This document shows positions 1 to 10,703 of a DNA stretch of 64,000 bases, one piece after another. Position numbers and translations under genes: made by a program. Source of the stretch: an uncultured Chlamydiae bacterium (lineage in GTDB: Bacteria; Chlamydiota; Chlamydiia; Chlamydiales; JAJFMA01). The stretch spans positions 1,440,001 to 1,504,000 of the forward strand of contig CAVQMM010000001.1 of NCBI GenBank assembly GCA_963713615.1, in the 5' to 3' direction. The notes beneath the pieces are model-generated. The model was given only the letters and a program-made list of their open reading frames with translations, searched no databases and was not told the origin of the DNA. The stretch's first letter is position 1. Each line of letters starts with the position of its first letter.

Positions 1-102
1 GGACTAGAAGTCGCAGTGAGAAAGATTCACAAGCGCCTCTACTTGCAGCAAAGATCTATTTGAGCTTTGGATAGAGGCTCAAGCCAATCAAGGAGGTGCA
101 GC

Positions 103-414
103 ATGAAAACACCATCTCCCCGATTTGATGCTAATGTTATCAAAGAGGCTGTCGACGCTCATGAATTCTATTTACGTGAACAGAATCTTTCAAAGTACGG
201 TTATCGATCGCGCCGATGGGCAGAAGCCGGCTTGTGCCCATTCCATGAGGATCGACATGCAGGCTCGTTCAAAGTGAATTTGGATAGCGGCGCATTTATC
301 TGCTTTTCGTGCAATGCGAAGGGTGGGGACATCATAGCCTACGTAATCCAAAAGTACCATATGACCTTTCTGGATGCCTTGAAAATGCTCTCTTCAGAAT
401 GGAGGGTATTATGA
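103..414 (+). CDS. CHC2 zinc-finger protein (DnaG-type N-terminal domain, split primase)
   Basis: CPFHED...FICFSCNAKGGDII...F.DAL motif; ATG at 103 follows GGAGG. Confidence 0.85.
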   Translation: MKTPSPRFDANVIKEAVDAHEFYLREQNLSKYGYRSRRWAEAGLCPFHEDRHAGSFKVNLDSGAFICFSCNAKGGDIIAYVIQKYHMTFLDALKMLSSEWRVL

Positions 415-2579
415 ATAACCTGCCCATGGTTGTACCAAGAGATCGACTAACATGTCATTGGCAATATCGAGATGAGAAAGGGCTACCTGTTGCGATTGTC
501 GCAAGATATGACGAATGCGTCACAGGCGGCAAACAGAAAAAATGGTTTCATCAATTCTATCTAAACAGGTCTGACGAATGGGTCGAGGGCGCGCCAACGC
601 CCTCTCCCTTATTTGGGCTAGATACCTTGCCAAAACACCAATATGAAGGGTTTGTGTATATCTTTGAAGGTGAAAAATGCACTAACGGGTCTCACCACTT
701 AGGGCTTCCTGCACTAACCTCTATGATGGGCGCCAGCCAGGCGGACAATGCCGATTGGACAATATTAGCCAAATTTCGACATCTAAAGCGCTTTGTACTG
801 GTACCAGATAACGACATCCCTGGTCAACGGTATATGGAAATCGTCCATCATAATATCAAAAAGGCCCATCCAGATGCGGAAGTCTTTGTTTGTAACCTAA
901 ATGTCGAGGAAAAGGGACATGACCTCATTGACTGGCTTCAGGCACAGCATGCATGCTCACAGGAGTGGGATGGATTTTCCCCAATCGACGATCCTTATTG
1001 CGATCATTTGAAGGTCGTATTTGAGAAATATGTGGAAGCCCATCTTGTACCGGCGGGAAAGTATTTCGCTCAAACGGATTCCTCGGAACCGACCTTTGAA
1101 GGTCCGCCAGAACCTATCGAAGAAGTTTTAGATGCTGTACTCCCTTGCCCAATCGAAACACTTCCAGAGATTATCCATCGCTGGATTTCCACCGAAGCCA
1201 AGCTTATGCAAGTACCCCCTGACTATTTGGCGATACCCTTATTCTATCTAGGCAGTCTTCTTGGCAGGAAGCGAGGCTTGAGGCTTCGCCCTGGAAATGA
1301 TTGGGTCGAACATAGCAATATTTGGGGAATACAGGTTGGAAGACCCTCTGTGATGAAAAGTCCTGCCATGAGAAAGGCAATGAAACCACTGGTGGTTCTA
1401 GCCTTGCGAGCAGATGTTCGCTTTAAAGAAGCATTGAAGAAGTACGAAGCTGAATTGGAGGCATGGAAGATTCGAAATAAGGCTAGCGAAGAATGTTACA
1501 AAAAAAATGTAAAGAATGCCCTGGATAAGCCACCAATGGCCACAAATCAAGAACTCATTCTTCAAACGCAGGAAGAACCTTGTAAACCTGTCCGAAAGCG
1601 TTACAAGACGGACGACCCTACGGTAGAGAAGCTCGGCGAACTTTTAATTGAAAACCCACAAGGCTTATTACTCTTTCGAGATGAGCTATCCGGATGGTTA
1701 CACAGCTTCAACAAACCAGGAAGGGAAAATGATCGTCAATTTTTTTTGGAAAGCTGGACAGGACGGGAAGACTTCAATGTGGATCGTATCGGACGCGGTT
1801 CTTTGCACATTCCAGCATTGTGCCTCTCAATTTTCGGCAGTATCCAGCCTGGCCCGCTCACTCAATATATTCGAGCTGCTATAAAAGGAGGAATAGGTGA
1901 CGATGGATTCCTGCAAAGGTTTCAGCTTGTTGTTTGGCCCGATCCTACTCTTGGCTGGGAACTAATAGAAGGTGTTTCCACTATAGAGTTCGAAGAACCC
2001 CTTCAGGACATTTTTGACACGATGGATAATCTGAACTTAGGCGAGGATAACAACCCTATCTATCTCGAGTTTGCGCCGGATGCACAGCAAAAATTTAATG
2101 AATGGCAATGCCAGCATGAACACCGACTTCGAACAGGCGTCCTAGCTCCACACCTTGAGGCCCATTTGGCAAAGTACAAAAAACTTTTGCCGGCTCTTTG
2201 CTTGATCCTGGAGCACTTAGATGCGGCTATAGTAGGTCGAATACCTATTGAAGTTACCTTGAGAACCCTTGAAGCTTCCATAAACTGGCTTGAATACTTC
2301 GAAAGTCATGCCAATCGTATGTATAATAGTGTCAGAAATGCGATCCCTAAAGCTGCTTTAGAACTAATCAGGCATGTAAAGAGCGGAGACATTCAAGTAC
2401 CATTTTCAGTACGGGACGTCTACTATAAACACCACTGGAGCGGGCTTTCCGATGCTGATGAGGTGAAAGAAGTCTTGGACTACTTAGAGGAAAGAAATTA
2501 TGTAGCGGCTGTAACCAGGAAGGGTAAGGGAAGGCCAAGTGCCAGGTATTGGATCAATCCAAAAATCCTGGAGAATTAG
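411..2579 (+). CDS. TOPRIM primase fused to a DUF3987 (YfjI-like) domain
   Basis: FEGEK and PDNDIPG TOPRIM motifs; GRPSVMKSP, LFRDELSG, DDGFLQRF in the C-terminal domain; ATG overlaps the upstream stop. Confidence 0.8.
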   Translation: MNNLPMVVPRDRLTCHWQYRDEKGLPVAIVARYDECVTGGKQKKWFHQFYLNRSDEWVEGAPTPSPLFGLDTLPKHQYEGFVYIFEGEKCTNGSHHLGLPALTSMMGASQADNADWTILAKFRHLKRFVLVPDNDIPGQRYMEIVHHNIKKAHPDAEVFVCNLNVEEKGHDLIDWLQAQHACSQEWDGFSPIDDPYCDHLKVVFEKYVEAHLVPAGKYFAQTDSSEPTFEGPPEPIEEVLDAVLPCPIETLPEIIHRWISTEAKLMQVPPDYLAIPLFYLGSLLGRKRGLRLRPGNDWVEHSNIWGIQVGRPSVMKSPAMRKAMKPLVVLALRADVRFKEALKKYEAELEAWKIRNKASEECYKKNVKNALDKPPMATNQELILQTQEEPCKPVRKRYKTDDPTVEKLGELLIENPQGLLLFRDELSGWLHSFNKPGRENDRQFFLESWTGREDFNVDRIGRGSLHIPALCLSIFGSIQPGPLTQYIRAAIKGGIGDDGFLQRFQLVVWPDPTLGWELIEGVSTIEFEEPLQDIFDTMDNLNLGEDNNPIYLEFAPDAQQKFNEWQCQHEHRLRTGVLAPHLEAHLAKYKKLLPALCLILEHLDAAIVGRIPIEVTLRTLEASINWLEYFESHANRMYNSVRNAIPKAALELIRHVKSGDIQVPFSVRDVYYKHHWSGLSDADEVKEVLDYLEERNYVAAVTRKGKGRPSARYWINPKILEN

Positions 2580-2672
2580 GAATTAGATCAGATTCAAAAG
2601 GTTCGAAAGTCTATTTTGAACCTTTTGAACCGTCATTTTCTAGCAATAAACTTTAATTTTGGGGATAAAAAA

Positions 2673-3167
2673 ATGGCGTCAGAAGCACAAGTCAAAGCTA
2701 ATAGACAAAATGCACTCAAATCAACAGGACCTCGAACCATTGAAGGTAAAGCATGCGCTAGCCAAAACTCAGCTAAGCATGGGCTGCTCTCGAAGGATTT
2801 GTTGATCCTCGATGAAAGACTAGAAGAGCTCAACTCATTCCGTCAAGGAATCTATCAAAACTTATGTCCCCAGGGGGCTGTGGAAGTCCTTTTGGTTGAA
2901 AAAATAATTAATGCAGCGTGGCGCCTTCGACGCGTAACTAAAGTTGAAGGTGAAGTGATCATGCAAAGCAATAGATTCCAAGAATATGATCGGGGAATCC
3001 ACAAAGCCTTTAGGGGTTGTGATGGTTCATGCCTGCAAACTCTGTCTCGATATGAGATGACTCTTGAACGAAGTTTCTATAAAGCTATCCATGAACTCCA
3101 ACGTCTTCAAGCCATGCGTGTTGGAGTGCCAGTGTTGGCACCGGTAGCAATTGACTTTAACGTGTGA
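2673..3167 (+). CDS. Conserved mobile-element protein of the ANRxNAxKSTGPRT type
   Basis: ANRQNALKSTGPRT...N..KHGL and LSRYE..LER motifs. Confidence 0.7.
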   Translation: MASEAQVKANRQNALKSTGPRTIEGKACASQNSAKHGLLSKDLLILDERLEELNSFRQGIYQNLCPQGAVEVLLVEKIINAAWRLRRVTKVEGEVIMQSNRFQEYDRGIHKAFRGCDGSCLQTLSRYEMTLERSFYKAIHELQRLQAMRVGVPVLAPVAIDFNV

Positions 3168-3631
3168 TTAACCCTCACAATTGGCTTCGTTTGGAAAATA
3201 CAATACACGATAGGTCGTTCAAATGTTAACCCTAAAGAAGCCGGCCTTCAGGAGTGAGGTCCACCGATAAGATTTTTGATTTCACTGGGTCAAGTTATAT
3301 GCATCGACTGCCTGTCCATTATTCCGAAAATCGAATATTAGCGACGCAGACGGTTGAAACTTCAAGGTTTCAACTTTTTTTAAGAACAATGGTACCTAAA
3401 TTTAGGTAGAGTGTTTTTCTTAATCTATCCACAGATAGCCTGCTCCAGATAGCTAGCTATCAATATTAAGCAAGCCACTCAAAAATTCTCAGACGCTTCC
3501 TATAGAAGTAATTTTTGACTTAAAATATAATCAATACAATAAACATAACTGTATTGGTGATTAAATTGGCTGACTTGGTGTATTATTTAGTTAAAGAAGT
3601 GTGTTGATATTAGAAATATTTATTAATCTAT

Positions 3632-4756
3632 TTGACAATGCATAAGCATAAAAAATTAACATCTGCAATGCAAAACCTTTCAAGGTCTAAACCTAAGGTG
3701 ATTTCATTGTTTGCAGGGTGTGGTGGTCTTGATCTGGGATTTCATCTTGAAGGCTATGACATCGTCTGGGCAAATGAATTCAACAAATGGGCCGCGGATA
3801 CTTACGAGCGAAACTTTAAGAAGATAAAGGTTGATCGCAGAAACATTTTAGATATTGATCCCTACAATGAACGGGAAATTCCTTCCGCCGATCTGATTAT
3901 TGGAGGTTTTCCATGCCAAGACTTTTCTGTCATATGGAAAAGACCAGGCCTGAATGGAAGTAGGGGTAGCCTTTACCAAGAGTTTCTTCGGTTTATTGAC
4001 GCAAAAAAGCCAAAAGCTTTTGTTGCTGAAAATGTTAAAGGAATCTTGAGCGCAAATAAAGGTCACGCGATCAGACAGATTATTGAAGATTTTGAAGCTG
4101 TCGAGCCTGGCTATACGCTCAGTATTAAGCTATATAACTTCGCCGATTATGGTGTTCCCCAGTTTCGTGAACGGGTTCTCATTGTCGGAATTCGAAATGA
4201 CATTGGATTCCAATTTGAACATCCTATCCCTACGCACGGCCCCAAGGCATCCAAACCTTATTTCACTGCCGGTGATGCCTTAGATGGAGTAGACAAGGTC
4301 GCAAATAACAATGAGCATATGAAGATCATGCCACGGACAAGAGAGATCTTAAAAAAGATTTCAGAGGGCGGAAATTATGCCGATATTCCAAGAGATGATC
4401 CTCATTATGTTAATGGCATGATCAGCCATGTCTATAGGCGTATTCACCGAGATCAACCTGCCAAGACCCTGATAGCATCGGGGGGAGGAGGTACATGGGG
4501 ATATCACTATCCTGAACCAAGAGCATTAACTAATCGAGAACGGGCGAGGCTTCAATCATTCCCTGACTCATTTATTTTCACCGGATCTTTTAGCGAAATT
4601 CGCCGACAAATTGGAAACGCTGTTCCTCCTAAAGGCGTCCGAAATTTGGCAAAAAATTTGAGGAAGCTTTTCGATAGCCAATTTGAAAAAGTGGAACTTA
4701 AAAAACACAAATCGCTTAAACAAAAAAAAAATAGTACCGTTATAGATCGTGACTAA
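3632..4756 (+). CDS. dcm: DNA cytosine-C5 methyltransferase
   Basis: LFAGCGG, GGFPCQ, ENV, QFRERV, RERARLQSFP and QIGNAVPP motifs. Confidence 0.95.
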   Translation: MTMHKHKKLTSAMQNLSRSKPKVISLFAGCGGLDLGFHLEGYDIVWANEFNKWAADTYERNFKKIKVDRRNILDIDPYNEREIPSADLIIGGFPCQDFSVIWKRPGLNGSRGSLYQEFLRFIDAKKPKAFVAENVKGILSANKGHAIRQIIEDFEAVEPGYTLSIKLYNFADYGVPQFRERVLIVGIRNDIGFQFEHPIPTHGPKASKPYFTAGDALDGVDKVANNNEHMKIMPRTREILKKISEGGNYADIPRDDPHYVNGMISHVYRRIHRDQPAKTLIASGGGGTWGYHYPEPRALTNRERARLQSFPDSFIFTGSFSEIRRQIGNAVPPKGVRNLAKNLRKLFDSQFEKVELKKHKSLKQKKNSTVIDRD

Positions 4757-5783
4757 ACTTCTTCTAACACGAAAAAAGCCACTATCCCTAGGGAACAGCG
4801 CTTTCCTCGATGCCTTCGAAGAATATTCGGCTACTGCGGAGTCGATTTACATCTCTACGGGCTATGTGTCAGTTGAAGCCCTGCAATTTCTTTTGGCGAA
4901 TGCTAAGGAAGGAAGACTTCCCTACCTAGACCTTACAATTGGAATGCATTATTTTGACGGCATTACCAAAGCGCAATATGATTCCGTTATTGATCTTTCT
5001 AACCACTTGATGAAAACGCAAAGGGGAAAAGCTAGTATTTGTGTAGCTTTTCCTTATCATGGAAAGATTTATTCATTTCACAAGACAGGAAAACCATTTG
5101 CCGCAATTTTGGGGTCATCAAATTTGTCAGCCTTAAATTGCGGAGCGTATAATTTTGAAGTTGATACTACGCTAGAAAATCCATCAATGCTTATCGATCT
5201 ATACAACTTTCAAACTCAACTAAGAGAAAAAGCTTGTAAGTCAGTAGATGACTGGAAACCAAAGAAATTTATTGAAAGCATTAAAATTCCAGGAGCTACA
5301 AGATTAGAAGGAAAAGAAACAGCTGATTATTGGTGTCTCAATCGAATACAAAGCATTCAGATTCCTTTAAAAGCTGAACAAAAGAGCAATCTAAATGCAT
5401 GCTTTGGAAAAGGTAGAAAGCAAAAAAATCAATTAATAAGACCACGTCCGTGGTATGAAGTAGAATTAATTGTTCCTTTATCTACAACTAAAATAGAAGG
5501 CTATCCGAGGAACTCCGTAATTCAAGTCGTTACTGACGACGGTTGGATGTTTAAATGCAAGACCAGTGGAGATTATTCTAAAAATTTTAGATCGAAAGAT
5601 GATTTATGCATTCTTGGAGGTTGGTTAAAAGGTCGACTCGAATCTGCGCAAGTATTGAAAGTTGGTCAACATATCACGTTGCAAATGTTGGAAAGCTACG
5701 GCAGAAGCCATCTGGAACTTATACGGACTTCCGAACCAGATATTTGGTTGCTGGACTTTGGCACTAAGAATTCAAGAGGGTAA
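4749..5783 (+). CDS. PLD-family restriction endonuclease (NgoFVII/NgoAVII-like) with C-terminal DNA-binding domain
   Basis: YHGKIY...GSSNLS PLD motif; KSNLN..FGKGR...RPWYEVEL and SGDYSKNFRS in the C-terminal domain; overlaps dcm. Confidence 0.85.
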   Translation: MTKLLLTRKKPLSLGNSAFLDAFEEYSATAESIYISTGYVSVEALQFLLANAKEGRLPYLDLTIGMHYFDGITKAQYDSVIDLSNHLMKTQRGKASICVAFPYHGKIYSFHKTGKPFAAILGSSNLSALNCGAYNFEVDTTLENPSMLIDLYNFQTQLREKACKSVDDWKPKKFIESIKIPGATRLEGKETADYWCLNRIQSIQIPLKAEQKSNLNACFGKGRKQKNQLIRPRPWYEVELIVPLSTTKIEGYPRNSVIQVVTDDGWMFKCKTSGDYSKNFRSKDDLCILGGWLKGRLESAQVLKVGQHITLQMLESYGRSHLELIRTSEPDIWLLDFGTKNSRG

Positions 5784-5791
5784 ATTGAAGT

Positions 5792-7666
5792 ATGAGTTTT
5801 TTTCAAAAATTTCTTGCAAGTTGGGAAGGGAAAAATCCCGGGACGTCGAGTGCTATTCAAGAATCCACAACTCAGTTTGTAGCTAAGCTATTGGCTATGT
5901 TTGATTATAGGGGCCAAACTAGCGCATTGCTATTGGGTCATGTACAAAGCGGAAAGACAAGCCAAATTCTCGCAACCATTAGCTCACTAGCCGATAAAGA
6001 CTTTAAGTTATTCATAGTTCTAACATCGGATATGACAAGTCTGCAAGAGCAGACTTTGAAACGAGCCTTTAACTTTCTCCCAAGGGAATTCAATATATGT
6101 GATGAAACAGACGATATGCGATTTATAGAAAAAGGAATAAAAGATCCCACAATTCTGGTTTTAAAAAAAAACAGCAGAGTTTTGCGAAAATGGAAGCGCA
6201 AATTTGAGTCCTTAGATCAATGCAAATATGATCCTATGGTTTTTTTAGATGATGAAGCAGATGCAGCAAGCCTAAATACTAAGATCAATCAACGCAAATT
6301 CAGTACAATTAATCGAATCTTAGATGAAATGAAAGAAATTTCACCTAGTAGTATTTATATCCAAGTAACAGCAACGCCACAGGCCATACTTTTGCAAACT
6401 AAGCGATCCGGGTGGAAACCAACAGTTATTCATGCATTCGAGCCCGGCACGGGTTATCGGGGGGGAAATCATTTTTATGGTGAATCATCCAAATGTATTA
6501 GACCTCTACCTGAGGCGGAACGACTTACTCTGATAGGTAGCGAAGAAATTCCATCCGGACTCAAGGAAGCCATTCTGAGTTTTCTGATCAATGATATTTA
6601 TACTATTGATTATCTTAAGCGAAGCGTATGTAACCTTTTGGTTCATCCAGGGTCTAAAATCGAAGACCATGACAAAACTGAATCCAAGATAAAAAAACTC
6701 TTAAAAACTATTCCAGAGGAGTTCTCTATTGGATCACAAATGTTAAAATCCAATTTATTTCAGGCCTACGAAGATATTAACCAGACCTGCGAAGATCTTC
6801 CTCCTTTTAATTTTTTCTGGTCACATTTGCCCTGCGCAGTCAGGCGAATACGAACACAGAAATTAAATTCCGAAACAATTGAAAAATCGGAATATGACAC
6901 GGGATCAAATATCCTAATCGGTGGCAACGCTACTGGAAGAGGAATTACATTTCCAGGTCTTCAGGTGGTATATTATTGTAGAGAGTCGAAGAGCCCTCAA
7001 GCAGATACACTTTGGCAACACTCTAGAATTTTCGGCTACGATCGCAAGTTTGATGCATGCCGCGTCTTCCTCCCAACATTACTGTTACGAATATTTCGTA
7101 GCCTAAATGAATCCAATGATGCCTTATTTGGGATGCTGGCTGAACATGGGTTAGATCAAATAACTCTGCTTCAGCCCGAAGGGGTCAGTCCCACAAGAAA
7201 GAATGTCCTCGATCAGCGATCAATAAATCCGGTAGTCGGTGACTGCAATCGTTTCTTTGAAGGGGTAAGCCCTGTGCCAACCACTCAGATAGATTCTTTT
7301 ATTAGGAAGGAGGATAGGGAGGAAGATATTTCCATAGAGAATGCTATACAGCTTCTTGAGATGATTGATCCTGTTGAAGATTTTGACCGTCAAGACCTAC
7401 GTCTTTATATTAACTGCCTGAAGGCGTTGCAATCGGCCGGTGACAGAATCTGCCATCTTATCGTTCGCACTGATAGAGATATCACAAGAGAAACAGGTTC
7501 TCTTCTATCTCAGAATGATCGCCAAAGAGGATCATTAATCACCGATAGGACAGTATTGACTATATATCGCGTAAACGGTCAGGTCGATAAGGGCTGGACT
7601 GGTTCGGCGGTTTGGGTTCCAAATATCAAATTTCCTAAAGGTCGGTGTTTCTACTCTGTTGTTTGA
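5792..7666 (+). CDS. SF2 helicase-like ATPase with Z1 domain (N.NgoAVII/H.CglI-like)
   Basis: GHVQSGKT, DDEAD, TATP, IGGN..GRG.T.PGL, DTLWQHSR.FGY motifs. Confidence 0.85.
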   Translation: MSFFQKFLASWEGKNPGTSSAIQESTTQFVAKLLAMFDYRGQTSALLLGHVQSGKTSQILATISSLADKDFKLFIVLTSDMTSLQEQTLKRAFNFLPREFNICDETDDMRFIEKGIKDPTILVLKKNSRVLRKWKRKFESLDQCKYDPMVFLDDEADAASLNTKINQRKFSTINRILDEMKEISPSSIYIQVTATPQAILLQTKRSGWKPTVIHAFEPGTGYRGGNHFYGESSKCIRPLPEAERLTLIGSEEIPSGLKEAILSFLINDIYTIDYLKRSVCNLLVHPGSKIEDHDKTESKIKKLLKTIPEEFSIGSQMLKSNLFQAYEDINQTCEDLPPFNFFWSHLPCAVRRIRTQKLNSETIEKSEYDTGSNILIGGNATGRGITFPGLQVVYYCRESKSPQADTLWQHSRIFGYDRKFDACRVFLPTLLLRIFRSLNESNDALFGMLAEHGLDQITLLQPEGVSPTRKNVLDQRSINPVVGDCNRFFEGVSPVPTTQIDSFIRKEDREEDISIENAIQLLEMIDPVEDFDRQDLRLYINCLKALQSAGDRICHLIVRTDRDITRETGSLLSQNDRQRGSLITDRTVLTIYRVNGQVDKGWTGSAVWVPNIKFPKGRCFYSVV

Positions 7667-8121
7667 CGCAGTCTTTGAACTATCCGTCGATCAAGATTTG
7701 TTGCATCAATTTGACAACCCCATATAACTATTACTCTCCATCCAAGACCCTCTAATTTCTCTTTGTTCTCACGGTCGCGCTCTTGATTTCTTCTTAATTT
7801 TGCGTTCCAATATTTTAAATTGCTTTTAGGTAAACGACCCGATTTACAGTAGGGGCATTGATGCCAGAAACACCCGTGCACTAATACAATAGTTTTAAAA
7901 CGAGGTAGAACAATGTCAGGCTTTCCTGGTAGTTTTTTTTGATGTAAGCGAAAGCGAAATCCGCGTGCATGCAAATATGACCGCACCACTTTTTCGTGTG
8001 AGGTGTTCATGGATCCAATCCTAGACATTATCCAGCTTCTTTTCTTGGTGGAAAACGTATCAACCAACCCTTGCTCCTCGTAAATGGCTATTACGCGCCC
8101 AGACCGACCATAGGCTAACAT
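7651..8121 (-). CDS. vsr: Very short patch repair endonuclease
   Basis: RS.IMSRI, LPGKPDIV, VHGCFWH, GW.V..IW motifs; true start is probably a little downstream of 8121. Confidence 0.92.
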   Translation of the reverse strand: MLAYGRSGRVIAIYEEQGLVDTFSTKKRSWIMSRIGSMNTSHEKVVRSYLHARGFRFRLHQKKLPGKPDIVLPRFKTIVLVHGCFWHQCPYCKSGRLPKSNLKYWNAKLRRNQERDRENKEKLEGLGWRVIVIWGCQIDATNLDRRIVQRLRQTTE

Positions 8122-8335
8122 TTCACCGTTTTTGAGACGGTTCTATCTTTTGCACTATTTGAATCATATCATTGAGCGATGGATGGTGCAACGGCAACGC
8201 GGTGCAATTTGTGTCAGCACGAACCGATATAAGTCGGTAGACGAAAAGCCCAGGAGCCAACTACAATGTTGATGATACCGGTTCATTTTGTGTTGATTAG
8301 CAATTAAAGTGCTTGTGACCAGGAAACATTCAAAG

Positions 8336-9072
8336 ATGAAAATCCCATCCTTTAGCGACAGCATTCTCCAAGCAATTAGTAATACACTTGGTGCGACAGA
8401 TAATGGTTTAACTGGCTCTGAGATTGGCTTGCTGCTACAGCAACTAGAGATTCAGGATCCAGAGTCGAGCAGCACAAAAAAACATAGACTTTTCTATGCT
8501 TTGAAAAAGGAACAAGATCTCGATGGATGTGGAAATTCAATTGTAAAATTTATACAAGCAGCGATGAGTCCAGTTAGTTATATTGAACGAGCCAGCTTGT
8601 TTCAAGATAGGCGAAATAGGATAAATGAAATCCTCAGTTTTTCAGCACTTTACTTAGAAGAAAATGGAAATATTCGACCAGGAACACCGGCAAAAACGAT
8701 CGAAGAGGCGCAACAAATTGCAAACCGGTTGAAGTCCGAGCTTCAACGCCGAAATGCACACCCCGACGTTTTGAAATTTTGCCGTGTGGAATTGTTGCAA
8801 GAAAATTTCTTCCACGCAGTGCTAGAAGCTTGCAAGAGTCTGGCAGAGAATATTCGCCAAAAAGCAAATCTCCGTTCCGATGGCGCCCCTCTTGTAGATG
8901 AGGCATTTGGATTAGGTTCCACAAAAGTACCTATGTTAGCGTTTAATTCACTTTCGAACTGCGAGTGAGGAATCAGAACAAGGGCTTATTTGGTGCATTT
9001 AGGAATCCACCTGAACATGCTCCAAAAAAATTTTGGCCTATTTCAGAGCAAGAAGCTCACGATATATGCTAA
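8336..9072 (+). pseudogene. TIGR02391-family (AbiJ-N-like) protein, frameshifted near the C terminus
   Basis: GLTGSEIG, FHAVLEACK, DG..LVD.AF; GLFGAFRNP..HAPK continues in another frame after 8968. Confidence 0.7.
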
Positions 9073-9085
9073 TGTCGTAATGCTA

Positions 9086-9198
9086 TGCTAAGGGTCGGAC
9101 TTGACTTATTTGACTTCTCGGTCGAAATTCTGCTGGATTTCTTACTGAAAGTCTCTCGTGCGATAAACAAGTCAACTATTCACGTCTGACGCCTAGCA
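9086..9198 (-). repeat. REP-A doublet (about 110-bp REPIN/MITE-like element)
   Basis: Inverted ends GCTAAGGGTCGGACTTGAC...CACGTCTGACGCCTAGC; reverse complement aligns with 14529-14629, 30864-30964 and 43022-43130. Confidence 0.85.
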
Positions 9199-9205
9199 TT
9201 CTCTT

Positions 9206-10009
9206 CTACCTAAGTACCGCATGACCATAAAGGTCTAGCCGGAAACGTTTAGGAGATTTAGGATCTCGACGTTCTTCGGGAATTTCACATATCGCAATAA
9301 GAGGATTAAGATTCATAGAGACGGCGGCCATTAATGACTCTTCAATAAAATGAAGCAACATGGGCGTAGCTTGTTTAAGATACTCAAAAATGTGAGTTTT
9401 ATCTTTAAAACAAGGCCTTCTCAAAATTAAATAGCCTTTATGCTTTTCAATGCTATAATTTAATAGAAACACCTTTGAGTAATGTCCGTGCTCATCTTCA
9501 TTCCTACGGCCGACCAATTCATCAGCAAAGGGTTGGTAATGCTCTAATATTTTCAATATGAGAAATTCTTCCCCTGGTGATCCCGTTAGCTTTTTCTTCA
9601 GTTTTTCGCTGATATCTTTAAATTTTGGATCGTTAAATCCTTCGTCGAAAATGATTGCAAGAGCACAGGCAAATTTCCTTAACGCACTTTTTCCAAATTT
9701 CAAAAACGATCTTGTGTTCTCTATACTAATCACAGACTCAATCGAATCTGGTCTAGTTGTTGATTTGGCGCTTTCTAAGTTTTTCTCTATTTTTTTTATT
9801 TCTTGGATTACAGGCTTGGCTTGTTTTTCTGCTTCAATAAGATCTGTAGCAATATCGAAGCATAAGTCCTTTAGATTTGTTTTTTTTTCTTTCGACAATT
9901 CACTGTGGTCTAATAAATCTGAAATCCCACATGCAATTCTTGCCATGACTGGATGGCTTGTTCCGACGTCCATGATTTTTGTGGAATAAAAGGGTGACTG
10001 GTTTTCCAT
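9206..10009 (-). CDS. Hypothetical protein
   Basis: 267-aa ORF, no recognised motif. Confidence 0.65.
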   Translation of the reverse strand: MENQSPFYSTKIMDVGTSHPVMARIACGISDLLDHSELSKEKKTNLKDLCFDIATDLIEAEKQAKPVIQEIKKIEKNLESAKSTTRPDSIESVISIENTRSFLKFGKSALRKFACALAIIFDEGFNDPKFKDISEKLKKKLTGSPGEEFLILKILEHYQPFADELVGRRNEDEHGHYSKVFLLNYSIEKHKGYLILRRPCFKDKTHIFEYLKQATPMLLHFIEESLMAAVSMNLNPLIAICEIPEERRDPKSPKRFRLDLYGHAVLR

Positions 10010-10497
10010 GTTGATTACCGTCTCGTCTAGATTTAATCATTTTTCCTTATAAGATAACGATTTCAAGCTTTCCAATCTGTTCTCCATGAGCTAAAGAAGC
10101 CGTTGCATATAGTGGTCTCGAATCTATTTTTTGAAAAACAGAGTAGTTTTGCGCGAAAAAACGGATTCCATATAGAGAATGTAAATGTGATTCGAGAAAG
10201 CGGTGCATACTCTTTAATGTTCTTCCGTCACCACTTTTTGCCTCGATTTGCATGATGCACATGATGCACACGAAGCGTTCTCTCGTCAATTTGAAAAGGT
10301 CGCGATTGGAATCAATAATCCCTGTCGACAGGGAGAGGGCGGTCCAGTCCAGATATTGGCGGTGCAATGACGGTGCAACGCGGTGCAATTCGAGTCAGTA
10401 CGAACCAATAGAATCCAGTAGACTGAAAGGGTACAAGCTGCTTATAGTGTTGCTGATAGCGGTTGGATGATGTTTGGTCGTAGGGTGTTCCTCCGCC

Positions 10498-10539
10498 CTC
10501 ATAATCCGTTGGTCGCAGGTTCAAGTCCTGCTTGCCCCA
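10498..10539 (+). other. att site: 3' fragment of tRNA-Ile2(CAT)
   Basis: CTCATAATCCGTTGGTCGCAGGTTCAAGTCCTGCTTGCCCCA contains anticodon loop, T arm and acceptor 3' strand but no 5' half; identical to 29929-29970. Confidence 0.88.
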
Positions 10540-10703
10540 CTTATTAAATTCCCATCATGAGAAATACCAGAACCTGGTTGTTGTGACCCACCAATTTTGG
10601 TTAAAACGGCGATTTCGCCGCCGTGGACCACTAGTGGACCAAATGATCACAGCCGATCATTTACCCTTATATGTGGGGATTCTACTTTCACAATCCAACT
10701 TTG

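Larger units (their letters stand above)
1..10539. mobile_element. Right part of tRNA-integrated genomic island 1 (primase module plus RM system)
   Basis: Primase/DUF3987 genes and defence cargo, ending in a tRNA 3' fragment at 10498-10539; the left end lies outside the window. Confidence 0.7.
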
